From an uncultured Lentisphaeraceae bacterium (GTDB lineage: Bacteria; Verrucomicrobiota; Kiritimatiellia; RFP12; UBA1067), in NCBI GenBank assembly GCA_964440985.1, contig CAYTWE010000007.1, positions 1-63,688 of the forward strand: a DNA stretch of 63,688 nt, read 5' to 3'. The notes below the pieces were generated by a model. The model searched no databases, was not told the origin of the DNA, and saw nothing but the letters and a program-made list of their open reading frames with translations. The translations under genes and the position numbers were made by a program. Shown one piece after another: positions 35,918 through 44,466 of this stretch (the first letter of the stretch is position 1; the number at the start of each line of letters is the position of its first letter).

Positions 35918-38301
35918 TTCTTTTTCACCGATATCTTCAGCGGATTGCGGAGGCCGAACGCAAAGTCCTGCACGTATCCGTGCCATGCGGCGGCATCCAT
36001 GTAGCGTTTCTGTCCGGTCCAGTTCGCCCCCGCATAGTACGTGAACGACTTTGCGGCGGAGTCCGGATTCACAAGAAGCACGAAGCTCGATTCGCCATCC
36101 ATCGACGCCTCTGCCGGGCCGGCGGAGGGGTCAAGCGCGACAGCCGTCATGATCGAGCCGTTCCATCCATCCTGCGGCTCGAAGTTCGCGATCCATCCGT
36201 CCTGCGCCGAAAACTTCATGTCGCCGTCGTGTCTGCGCCCTGCCGAGATGTCCACACCGGGACCGACCAGCACCCCATCCGGCAGGCGCTCGAACGACGC
36301 CGTCATCTTCGCAAGGGACTGACCGCGATCAAGCGTCACGCGCCGGCGCTCCCGGCCAAGCCCGCCCCAGCCTTCGTACACAAGCTCGAACTCGCAGCGA
36401 ACAGGGCCGACCTGAAGCGTCCTGCATTCTGCCCAGTTCGCACTGTACAACCATTTGCCGTCCGCACTGCGGGCGGCAACTCCGCCGCATCCACGTCCTG
36501 CCCCGACTGCGTAGCTGTCCATCCCCTCTCCGCTGTTCTTGTGGTATGAGGGGCCGCCCTTCGGACGGTATTTGAGCCATTTCTCAAGCACCGGGTACGA
36601 TGTGCATTTGTTGAAAATGTCCAGTCCGCTCGAAGTCATGCCCTGTCCCTTCGGCGGAGGCTGCATCAGCGCAGGCCCATATGCGCGCGCACCGAAGCGG
36701 TCGTTCTCCCAGGCATAGTCATCCATTCGTTCCGGCAGATATCCGCTCCAGCATACGACCGACTGGTCGGCAGGCGCGACAAGCTTGACGCCATCGGAAA
36801 ACACGACGTATTCGCGCCTCTCGAAACGGTTAAGCTCCACGGAGAACAGCAGGTTGCTGCCGTCTACGTCATTTTGGTGCGGAATGGCCTTGCCGGCGGC
36901 AACGTCAAACACGCGCAGCGCATCATAGGAGGACTTGAGACCGAGCTTGCTCCACGGAACGGAAACGGTCTCTGTGCGGACGATGCCCACCGGATTGACC
37001 ACAGCGACCGTCGCCCCCCAGCCTGGACGCCACTTTGCGGGATCCTTTCTTGCGCCCTCAAGGAGCGCCGCCGCCGTCCACAGGAGCGGCGCCTGTCCGT
37101 GCAGGTCGCCCTTTGTGCGCGGACGGTCGAGATAGTACTGGCGGTCGTTGCGCTTTCCGGTGCCCGTGCAGACCTCGCCTATGTTGCCGTATGCGTCCAC
37201 ATAGGTGCAGAGCGACATCCAGGCCTTACGCACCGCAGGGCCGTACGTGTCTGGGCAAAGCCATCCGTGCGCAACCCCGGTCACCATGCCGAACGTGAAC
37301 ATCGCGGTGCCGGACGATTCCGGCCACGCCGCCTCCGGCTCGTTGATGAGCTGGCTCCACATTCCGTCCTTGCGCTGGAACTTGAGAAGCGCCGACATCA
37401 TCAGACGGTAGCCGCGCAGAATCCTCGGACGGCACTCGCTGTCCTGCGGCAGCCCCTTGAGCACAAGCGCCATGCCGGCCGCCATCCATCCGTCACCGCG
37501 CCCCCAGAAGAACGGCACGTCAGGCGCATGGTAGAAAAGCCCGGCGAACTCGCCGTCCGCTATCTGGAGTTCGTCAAGGTAGAGGCACATCTCCTTTGCC
37601 GCCCTGTCGATATACTTCCTGTCGCCCGTGGCGCGATACGCCTCAAGCTGGAGGATTGTTATCATGTACATGTCATCGATCCAAAGGCGCGTCTGCGGCG
37701 TATAGCCCCTCTTCCACAGATCCTGCTGCCTCTCAAGCGGGAACGCGTGGTGTGCCGCAAGAGTATCCTCCGACGGCGGCGCCCACTGGATGTCGGCGTA
37801 GGAAAGGCCGAGGTCGAGGCATCGCCTGTCCCCGTTTATGTTGTAGATCGCAAGCGGAAGCGCACCGAACACGGTGAAATCCACATGGTTCTTTCTGTTC
37901 TGCAGATCCTGCATCGGGCCTGAAAGCACAGGCTCGAAATGGCGTATCAGCCTCTCCGCAAGTTCACCGTCGCCCATCGCCTGCGCGGCGTCGAGAGCGC
38001 CAACCCATGCACCGACATAGGAATAGTGAATCCTGCCTTGGTACGTACCGCCTTCATAGCCTTTAGGCTTGTAGCACTTCTGGCTCGTGGAGAGGATCTG
38101 CTCGGCCGCCGCCCTCGCTATCGATGCCGGATTCGATTCTGGCGGGAAATCGCTCAACCAGTCGGCGGCGGTCTTCGATGAGGCCGCACAGGGACGCGCC
38201 TCGCCAATGCGACAGTCGCCCGATCCGCCGTCGCCGGACGACGCACAGGCGCCAATCAGCACAGAACACGCCAACACGCCAACCAATTTCATGAATGTCA
38301 T
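35914..38301 (-). CDS. GH105/GH88 unsaturated rhamnogalacturonyl hydrolase fused to a DUF4861-like domain (probable lipoprotein)
   Basis: RLWIDDMYM, FWGRGDGW, ESSGTAMF and GDLHGQAP. C-terminal PERMDDYAWEND and YHKNSGEGMD. Lipobox-like IGAC. Confidence 0.85.
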   Translation of the reverse strand: MTFMKLVGVLACSVLIGACASSGDGGSGDCRIGEARPCAASSKTAADWLSDFPPESNPASIARAAAEQILSTSQKCYKPKGYEGGTYQGRIHYSYVGAWVGALDAAQAMGDGELAERLIRHFEPVLSGPMQDLQNRKNHVDFTVFGALPLAIYNINGDRRCLDLGLSYADIQWAPPSEDTLAAHHAFPLERQQDLWKRGYTPQTRLWIDDMYMITILQLEAYRATGDRKYIDRAAKEMCLYLDELQIADGEFAGLFYHAPDVPFFWGRGDGWMAAGMALVLKGLPQDSECRPRILRGYRLMMSALLKFQRKDGMWSQLINEPEAAWPESSGTAMFTFGMVTGVAHGWLCPDTYGPAVRKAWMSLCTYVDAYGNIGEVCTGTGKRNDRQYYLDRPRTKGDLHGQAPLLWTAAALLEGARKDPAKWRPGWGATVAVVNPVGIVRTETVSVPWSKLGLKSSYDALRVFDVAAGKAIPHQNDVDGSNLLFSVELNRFERREYVVFSDGVKLVAPADQSVVCWSGYLPERMDDYAWENDRFGARAYGPALMQPPPKGQGMTSSGLDIFNKCTSYPVLEKWLKYRPKGGPSYHKNSGEGMDSYAVGAGRGCGGVAARSADGKWLYSANWAECRTLQVGPVRCEFELVYEGWGGLGRERRRVTLDRGQSLAKMTASFERLPDGVLVGPGVDISAGRRHDGDMKFSAQDGWIANFEPQDGWNGSIMTAVALDPSAGPAEASMDGESSFVLLVNPDSAAKSFTYYAGANWTGQKRYMDAAAWHGYVQDFAFGLRNPLKISVKKK

Positions 38302-38341
38302 TTCCGATCTCTCCCAGCAAATCCTCATGATGGAATTGTCC

Positions 38342-38375
38342 GCGATTATACCATAAAACTTTTTGGTATAATCGC
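38342..38375. promoter_or_regulatory. Palindromic bidirectional extended -10 promoter
   Basis: GCGATTATACCA-N10-TGGTATAATCGC; each arm is a TGGTATAAT pointing at a divergent gene. Confidence 0.8.
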
Positions 38376-38378
38376 CGC

Positions 38379-39407
38379 ATGTTTCTTTCTGTCGTGATAC
38401 CTACGCTCAACTCGGAAAAAACGCTTGGCGAGTGCCTCGCGTCCATCCGGGCGCAAACGCTGCCGCGCAGCGCCTACGAGATTGTGCTGGCGGACGCCGG
38501 CTCGTCGGACCGGACGCTCGACATCGCCCGCGAATACGGCGTTGAGACGATTACCGAAAACCCCCTCAAAACCGGCGAAGCGGGCAAAACCGCCGGCATA
38601 CGGGCGGCAAAAGGCGACATGATCGCACTTGTCGATTCAGACAACATCCTGCCGGACGCACAGTGGTTTGAGCGAATGCTTGCCCCCTTCTCCGATCCGG
38701 AGGTGATAGCCTCCGAACCCATCGAGTACGTGCGCCGCGACGGCGACCCGGCGCTCACCAGGTATTTCGCCATGCTCGGAATGAACGATCCGATATGCCT
38801 TTTCACCGGCAACTACGACAGGGACTGCGCGGTTACGGGAAAATGGACGGGGCTTGACGTTGCGCAGGAGGACTGCGGAGGCTACATCAAACTTCGGCTC
38901 AAAAAAGACGCCCTTCCGACAATCGGGGCAAACGGATTCGTCTTTCGGCGTTCGCTGCTCGACGGCGTGAAATGGGAGCCGTACCTGTTCGACATCGACA
39001 TCCTGTACGACCGCATCCTGAAGGAAGGCTCGGTGTGCGTCGCCAAGGTCAAGACAGGCATAGTCCATCTGTATTGCGAACGTCTCGGCGATTTCGTTCG
39101 CAAACAGCGGCGACGCATACGCGACTTCCTCTATTTCGCCCAGGCGAAGGAGCGGACATACCCATGGGATCGGCAGCGCAGACTCGGAATCGTCCTCTTC
39201 TGCCTGTATACAGCGTTGCTCCTGCCGCTTCTCTGGCAAATGGCAAAAGGTGCGTTCCGGAAGCCGGACTGGGCTTGGGCATACCACATTCCGGCGTGCT
39301 GGGCGACGCTTTTGGTCTACGGCGCCGGCGCAATCGCCAAGGCCGCAGGAGCCAAACAGGCCCCCGTCGACCGCTCCTATTGGCAAAAGCAACCAAAAAT
39401 GAGATAA
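38379..39407 (+). CDS. GT2 glycosyltransferase with C-terminal TM segments
   Basis: SVVIPTLNSE, DAGSSDRT and DSD motifs. Confidence 0.9.
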   Translation: MFLSVVIPTLNSEKTLGECLASIRAQTLPRSAYEIVLADAGSSDRTLDIAREYGVETITENPLKTGEAGKTAGIRAAKGDMIALVDSDNILPDAQWFERMLAPFSDPEVIASEPIEYVRRDGDPALTRYFAMLGMNDPICLFTGNYDRDCAVTGKWTGLDVAQEDCGGYIKLRLKKDALPTIGANGFVFRRSLLDGVKWEPYLFDIDILYDRILKEGSVCVAKVKTGIVHLYCERLGDFVRKQRRRIRDFLYFAQAKERTYPWDRQRRLGIVLFCLYTALLLPLLWQMAKGAFRKPDWAWAYHIPACWATLLVYGAGAIAKAAGAKQAPVDRSYWQKQPKMR

Positions 39408-39416
39408 TACGCGGCC

Positions 39417-40145
39417 ATGGAAAACAAACCTGACTTCTCGAACTCGGCATATCTGTTCCCGCACATCAACAAGGAGGGAATACGCTTCGGATTGATTGCC
39501 GCCGCGATTGCCGCAATCTTCACCGTGCTTGCCGCATTCATGCACAGCATCGTAATGTGCGCGCTGGTGCTTCCGCTCTGGCTGCTGACTTATGGGGTTT
39601 TTCTCTTCTTCCGCGACCCCGAGAGATACCCGCCGGCAGACAGTCCGAAAGCGGTGCTTTCCCCTGCCGACGGCAGAATATGCCTCATCCAGGAAGTCCC
39701 GCTTCCGGAGGAGCTGAAGCCTGAAGAGACAAGCCTCGACGACTGGAACTCCAAGGTCTTCACCCGCGTAAGCGTGTTCATGAGCGTGTTCAACGTGCAT
39801 GTGAACCGTATGCCGACGGCCGCAACTGTGGTCAGAAAGGCATATGTGCCCGGCAAGTACCTCAACGCCTCGCTCGACAAGGCCTCAAAGGACAACGAAC
39901 GTTGCGCTTACCTGTTCAAGACCGAAGACGGCGTTGAATACGGCGTTGTGCAGATTGCGGGGCTTGTGGCCCGACGCATCGTTCCGTTCATCGGTGAAGG
40001 CGACGCCCTCAAGCAGGCGGAGCGTTTCGGATTGATTCGGTTCGGTTCGCGCCTTGACGTCTATCTCCCGCATGGGGTTGCGCCTGAGGTGCGTCTCGGA
40101 CAGATCATGGTGGCTGGCGAGACGGTGCTTGGACACCTGAAATAA
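39417..40145 (+). CDS. psd: Phosphatidylserine decarboxylase proenzyme
   Basis: [33 protein letters not shown] and the RFGSR cleavage motif. Confidence 0.95.
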   Translation: MENKPDFSNSAYLFPHINKEGIRFGLIAAAIAAIFTVLAAFMHSIVMCALVLPLWLLTYGVFLFFRDPERYPPADSPKAVLSPADGRICLIQEVPLPEELKPEETSLDDWNSKVFTRVSVFMSVFNVHVNRMPTAATVVRKAYVPGKYLNASLDKASKDNERCAYLFKTEDGVEYGVVQIAGLVARRIVPFIGEGDALKQAERFGLIRFGSRLDVYLPHGVAPEVRLGQIMVAGETVLGHLK

Positions 40146-40159
40146 GAGGGGAGTTGGCC

Positions 40160-41038
40160 ATGTCCAAATTCAGACTTCGCGGAAGAAAAAGACGTCCAAG
40201 GCAGCCGCGCCAGGATCGCATCCCCCTGAGAGCCATCGCTCCGAACCTCATAACCTCAATCGCCGCCTGTGCAGGCATAACGTCAATAACCTTCTCCGCC
40301 GAAGGACGTTTCCTGCCGGCGCTTTGGGCGCTTCTCGTGGCGTGCATCTGCGACGGCATGGACGGGCGCGTGGCCCGACTTCTCAAGGCAAGCTCGAAGC
40401 TCGGTGCAGAGCTGGATTCGCTCGCCGACTTCGTGAATTTTGGCGTGGCGCCGGCCATGTTCATGTACTTCTGGCTCACCGGCGGCCCTTCACACGCCGG
40501 CGTATCGCCCGCGCTCGTGAAGATAACGCTCGGCGCGGCGCTTTTCTACGCCATGTGCGACTGCTTCCGCCTCGCAAGGTTCAACACGATGCTCGAACAG
40601 CCCGCCCTCCCCTACTGGAAGCACTACTTCCTCGGAGTGCCGGCGCCCGGCGGAGCTTGGATGGTGCTGTCACCTGCCGTACTTGCCCTTGCATTCGACG
40701 CCAAGGGCGGAAATCCGGCAATGCTCAACATTCTCCAGAACCCGTACTTCGGGATATTCATGCTCCTGTTCGTCGGTTCTCTGATGGCATCGCGCCTTCC
40801 CACAATTTCGCTCAAGTCGGTGCACATAAACCGCTCCTACCTGATGCCGGTCATGGCAGGGCTTCTGCTCGTGATTGCGTTCCTCGTGTCGAACTTCTGG
40901 CTCACGATCGGCGTGACAGGATTCATCTACGTCCTGACAGTTCCCGTCACAGCCATGACGTTCATCAGGGCGAGAGCGCACTACGAACAGCAGAACGGCG
41001 GGAGCGTGAAGGCTCTCACCGGTCCGGCGCAGGGTTAA
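40160..41038 (+). CDS. pssA: CDP-diacylglycerol--serine O-phosphatidyltransferase
   Basis: PNLIT, DGMDGRVAR...GAELDSLAD and RLARFN motifs; follows psd. Confidence 0.93.
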   Translation: MSKFRLRGRKRRPRQPRQDRIPLRAIAPNLITSIAACAGITSITFSAEGRFLPALWALLVACICDGMDGRVARLLKASSKLGAELDSLADFVNFGVAPAMFMYFWLTGGPSHAGVSPALVKITLGAALFYAMCDCFRLARFNTMLEQPALPYWKHYFLGVPAPGGAWMVLSPAVLALAFDAKGGNPAMLNILQNPYFGIFMLLFVGSLMASRLPTISLKSVHINRSYLMPVMAGLLLVIAFLVSNFWLTIGVTGFIYVLTVPVTAMTFIRARAHYEQQNGGSVKALTGPAQG

Positions 41039-41585
41039 GTCCGAATGCGGCGATTACAGGTTCGACCGGCAACCCCATGATGTTTTCGTAGCTGCCGTCG
41101 TACGACTTTACGATAAGTCCGCCTGATTCGTCGATGTCGTAGGCTCCCGCCCTGTCTGTGGGCTTCACCTCGTTCACATACCGCTCTATCGTCTCTTCCG
41201 TGAGCGACTGGAACGTGACGCGGGACTCCACCACCTCTATCTGCGGACTTCCGCCAGGGACGCAATGCGCAACGCCTGTGAATACGCTGTGGGTACGCCC
41301 TGACAGCTCACGCAGGAACTGACGCGCCTCGTCCAGGTCACGCGGCTTGCCGTATATCCGTCCGTTGAACCAGACTATCGTATCGGCGGCGATGATGGGG
41401 GCATCGCCATGCCGCATACGGCAGGCCTTCAGCTTGCGCAGCGCATTCACGGTCACTGTGCGGCGTGGAGCGCGGGAAATCGAGACCTCCTCCGCATCCG
41501 TAGGCTCAACAACAAAATCCAGTCCAATGCCGGAAAGTATCTTCGCCCTTCGCGGCGATTTAGACGCAAGAACAACTGTCTTCAT
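41016..41585 (-). CDS. maf: Maf-family nucleoside triphosphate pyrophosphatase
   Basis: LASKSPRR, ADTIV, GKP, LSGRTH, DRAGAY and IMGLP motifs. Confidence 0.93.
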   Translation of the reverse strand: MKTVVLASKSPRRAKILSGIGLDFVVEPTDAEEVSISRAPRRTVTVNALRKLKACRMRHGDAPIIAADTIVWFNGRIYGKPRDLDEARQFLRELSGRTHSVFTGVAHCVPGGSPQIEVVESRVTFQSLTEETIERYVNEVKPTDRAGAYDIDESGGLIVKSYDGSYENIMGLPVEPVIAAFGLNPAPDR

Positions 41586-41636
41586 CCATCAACCTCTCAA
41601 CATACGCAATCATGCGACATACGAGTAAATAAATAC

Positions 41637-41888
41637 TCATCTCCGCTCCTTCCGAGAATTCACCTTGCTCGTTTTTTCTTCTATCCAAACATTTGATGCG
41701 TGTACGATCATGTTCCCACCACTCTTGAGATGAAACCTATACATCCCAGCTGCATCAGGGTTTGGCACACTGGCCATTTCATGCGTCAACACTGAACCGT
41801 CTGGCATTTTTATGTAGACAAGAAAACTGCCCGCATACATGGATGCCGCCACTCCCACCACCAACGCAATAACAATCAAAATTTTCAT
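41637..41888 (-). CDS. Small secreted hypothetical protein (83 aa)
   Basis: Signal peptide MKILIVIALVVG; SD AAAGG; segment is visibly AT-richer. Confidence 0.65.
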   Translation of the reverse strand: MKILIVIALVVGVAASMYAGSFLVYIKMPDGSVLTHEMASVPNPDAAGMYRFHLKSGGNMIVHASNVWIEEKTSKVNSRKERR

Positions 41889-41948
41889 GTTGCCTTTCTT
41901 ACATTAAACAATACTCGCACCTTTGCGCCTTTGCGCTGAAATCATCAT

Positions 41949-44318
41949 TCATCGTTTGACCGTGAACGTGCAGCCTGAGACATCCACATTGAACGGGCCA
42001 ACCGTAAACACCTTCGCGTCGGCATCCCACCTGCCGTCAACGGGCTTTCCGCCGAGCTGCGCCGCCTTGGGCTGAGCCGTGAAGCCATGGAAACGCACGG
42101 TCACACTGCGTCCGCCAGGACATCCGTTGAACGTCCCAACCCTCTTGCCTACAGTGAGCGTGACGTCCCCGCCGCCGTCCTTCAGTGAAAGCACCGTACG
42201 CGCAGATGCGCCCTTCCGGTACGCAAGCGTAAGCCCGTCATCCTCATACACTTCACCATTGCCGTCGGCGCCGACATATGTCTCAAGAATCCACTCACGG
42301 TTCCAACCGGCGTCGATGCACTCGATCTCCGGCCATGTGGGAATCACCGCACCAGCCTTGACGTACAGTCCGCCGCCCCATTCAGGCGTCACCGCTATGC
42401 GCGTCTTTGCCGGACCGTTCACCACGCTGTCCGTGCGCCACTCGTACCACTTGCCCGCCGGAATCGCCGCCTCGTCTGTGAATGCGGCAACGAGAAGGTC
42501 CGGACCGAGCATGTACGTCGTCTTGCACTCATCGTACTCCTTGACGTCAGGATATACGAACGGCAATGAACGCATCACCGGCCATCCCGTGCGGTTTGCC
42601 TCCGCCGCAGTGGTGTAGAGGTACGGCACAAGACGATAGCGGAGCTTGAGATAGCTGCGAAAGATGTCGAGCCTATCCTTTGTCCTGTACCAGGGCTGGT
42701 TGAAGTACGCCCAGTTGTTCTGCTGACTCCATGTCTGGAGCATTCCGAAGTGGAGCGAACGCGAACTGTTGATGTCCATGTCGCAGCTCTGGTTGGCATG
42801 TCCGCTCATGCCGAGGTTGAGGAGCGATGCGCAAGGCTTCGGTCCGCCGCCGGTGTCACCCGCCCATGTCGCCACATACTGCTGAATGCCGGCGTACCCG
42901 CCCGCCGAGTACACCATTGAACGCTTCTGCGTGTATTCCTCGTATCCCCGGCACATCTGCTTGCCGTACACGAGAGGATATGCATTGTGGTTCTCTTCGT
43001 CGCTCTTGCCGTTCGCCCACTTGCGACCCTTAACGCCATTGAACTCAATGACCTGGGCAGAACCGTCGAGCTTGAAGCACTGTGCGCCCTGATCAACAAA
43101 CTTCTTGAGATGCTCGAACCACGGCAGATCGCCCTCCTTGAACGCCCCCTCCTTCGCGCCAAGTTTCTCGTACATCATCTTGTTGTTCCCGGTGAGCCGG
43201 GGATCCTTCAGGTCGCCGGTGATGCGGTCATCCTGCCAGGTCTCCGTCACATTGTCCGGAATGTCCGGCTTGAGCCCGAACTTCCTGGCCAGCCCGGCGG
43301 CACACTGCTCTTCGTAGCGGAAAAGGTCGTAGTTGACGCAGAGCCAGAGAGAAAGCTTGAAGCCCATGCGGTTCAATGCGCCAATGCAGGTGTGGCCGCC
43401 CTTCGGAGCCCAGTACGGGAATATGAAGCGTTCCTTGCTCCATTCCTTCATCGTGGACATATCGTAATGCTTGCTCATCCAGCCAGGCTCGAGCCCGTAC
43501 ACGTCGCACGGCAGATCCCTGTCACGGAACTCGCGCGCTTCGTGAAGCATGTTGAACATGTCTATCTCTTCGTTCGCCACGTAGGTGAATCCGTAGCCGA
43601 ACGCGGGCAGCATTGACGGGCGACCGGTGAGCTGCGTGTATATGTCGATGAGCCCGCGATAGTCCGCTCCGGAGAAGATGTAGAAGTCCAGCTCGCCCTC
43701 CGGCGCAGTGCAGAGCATCGCCGTCCTGTCCGTCTCACCCACGTCGAAGAAGTTCCGCCACGTCGTGTTCATCAGCACTCCCCATCCCTTTGACGTCAGA
43801 GCCATGGGCATCGGGATGTAGCTGTTCACGTTCTTGACCCAGATCTCATACTTCCCCGGCCGCCGCTGGATGTTTTCCCGGCTCACGTCGCCAAGGCCGT
43901 ACACGCGCTCGCCGTCCGCGAGCGGGAATCGCACCTCATAGCCCTTGCCGGCGAGTTTCGCACCGATTGCGAGGTCTGCGGACGATACGAGCGAACGGAA
44001 CCTCAGCGCTCCGCCGGACGCATCGACGGATATTTCGGCGGCATCGGTCTTTATTGACGTCGCCGTCCTTGCGCATTTCACTTCCTGCCAGTCGCGCTTC
44101 AGTATTGCATAGCGGTTCAAGGCGCCCTCCGTCCATGCGCCATCCTTCGCCACGCGCACACGGAAGAGATTTGCCGCAAGCGGATCTACGCGCACATCTC
44201 CCTTCTGCGTCTTCACCACAATCGAATCCTTTCCTACGGGCAACTGATCCTTCCATCCGGCTTCTGCGGCGAACGCGGCGAACGCGAACGCAACAACGGT
44301 CATCTTCAATGTTTTCAT
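41949..44318 (-). CDS. Secreted GH31 glycoside hydrolase (alpha-glucosidase/xylosidase)
   Basis: VYGLG, YTQLTGRP, CFKLD, AGIQQY..TWAGD, LRYRLVPYLY and YEDDG motifs. Start at ATG 44318. Confidence 0.88.
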   Translation of the reverse strand: MKTLKMTVVAFAFAAFAAEAGWKDQLPVGKDSIVVKTQKGDVRVDPLAANLFRVRVAKDGAWTEGALNRYAILKRDWQEVKCARTATSIKTDAAEISVDASGGALRFRSLVSSADLAIGAKLAGKGYEVRFPLADGERVYGLGDVSRENIQRRPGKYEIWVKNVNSYIPMPMALTSKGWGVLMNTTWRNFFDVGETDRTAMLCTAPEGELDFYIFSGADYRGLIDIYTQLTGRPSMLPAFGYGFTYVANEEIDMFNMLHEAREFRDRDLPCDVYGLEPGWMSKHYDMSTMKEWSKERFIFPYWAPKGGHTCIGALNRMGFKLSLWLCVNYDLFRYEEQCAAGLARKFGLKPDIPDNVTETWQDDRITGDLKDPRLTGNNKMMYEKLGAKEGAFKEGDLPWFEHLKKFVDQGAQCFKLDGSAQVIEFNGVKGRKWANGKSDEENHNAYPLVYGKQMCRGYEEYTQKRSMVYSAGGYAGIQQYVATWAGDTGGGPKPCASLLNLGMSGHANQSCDMDINSSRSLHFGMLQTWSQQNNWAYFNQPWYRTKDRLDIFRSYLKLRYRLVPYLYTTAAEANRTGWPVMRSLPFVYPDVKEYDECKTTYMLGPDLLVAAFTDEAAIPAGKWYEWRTDSVVNGPAKTRIAVTPEWGGGLYVKAGAVIPTWPEIECIDAGWNREWILETYVGADGNGEVYEDDGLTLAYRKGASARTVLSLKDGGGDVTLTVGKRVGTFNGCPGGRSVTVRFHGFTAQPKAAQLGGKPVDGRWDADAKVFTVGPFNVDVSGCTFTVKR

Positions 44319-44386
44319 GACTGCCTGCTTCCTTGTCTGTTTCAAGTTGATTGTTTTTGGACGTTCAGGATTCTCCGCCTCGCGCC

Positions 44387-44413
44387 GCTTCCAACGCTTC
44401 CAATGCTTCCAAC
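44387..44413. repeat. 9-bp tandem repeat x3 in the GH31 leader
   Basis: gcttccaac-gcttccaat-gcttccaac. Confidence 0.8.
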
Positions 44414-44466
44414 GCCGCAATTATACCATTTCGCTGAGGGGAATGCGGACGGCGCTCCATATGCCG

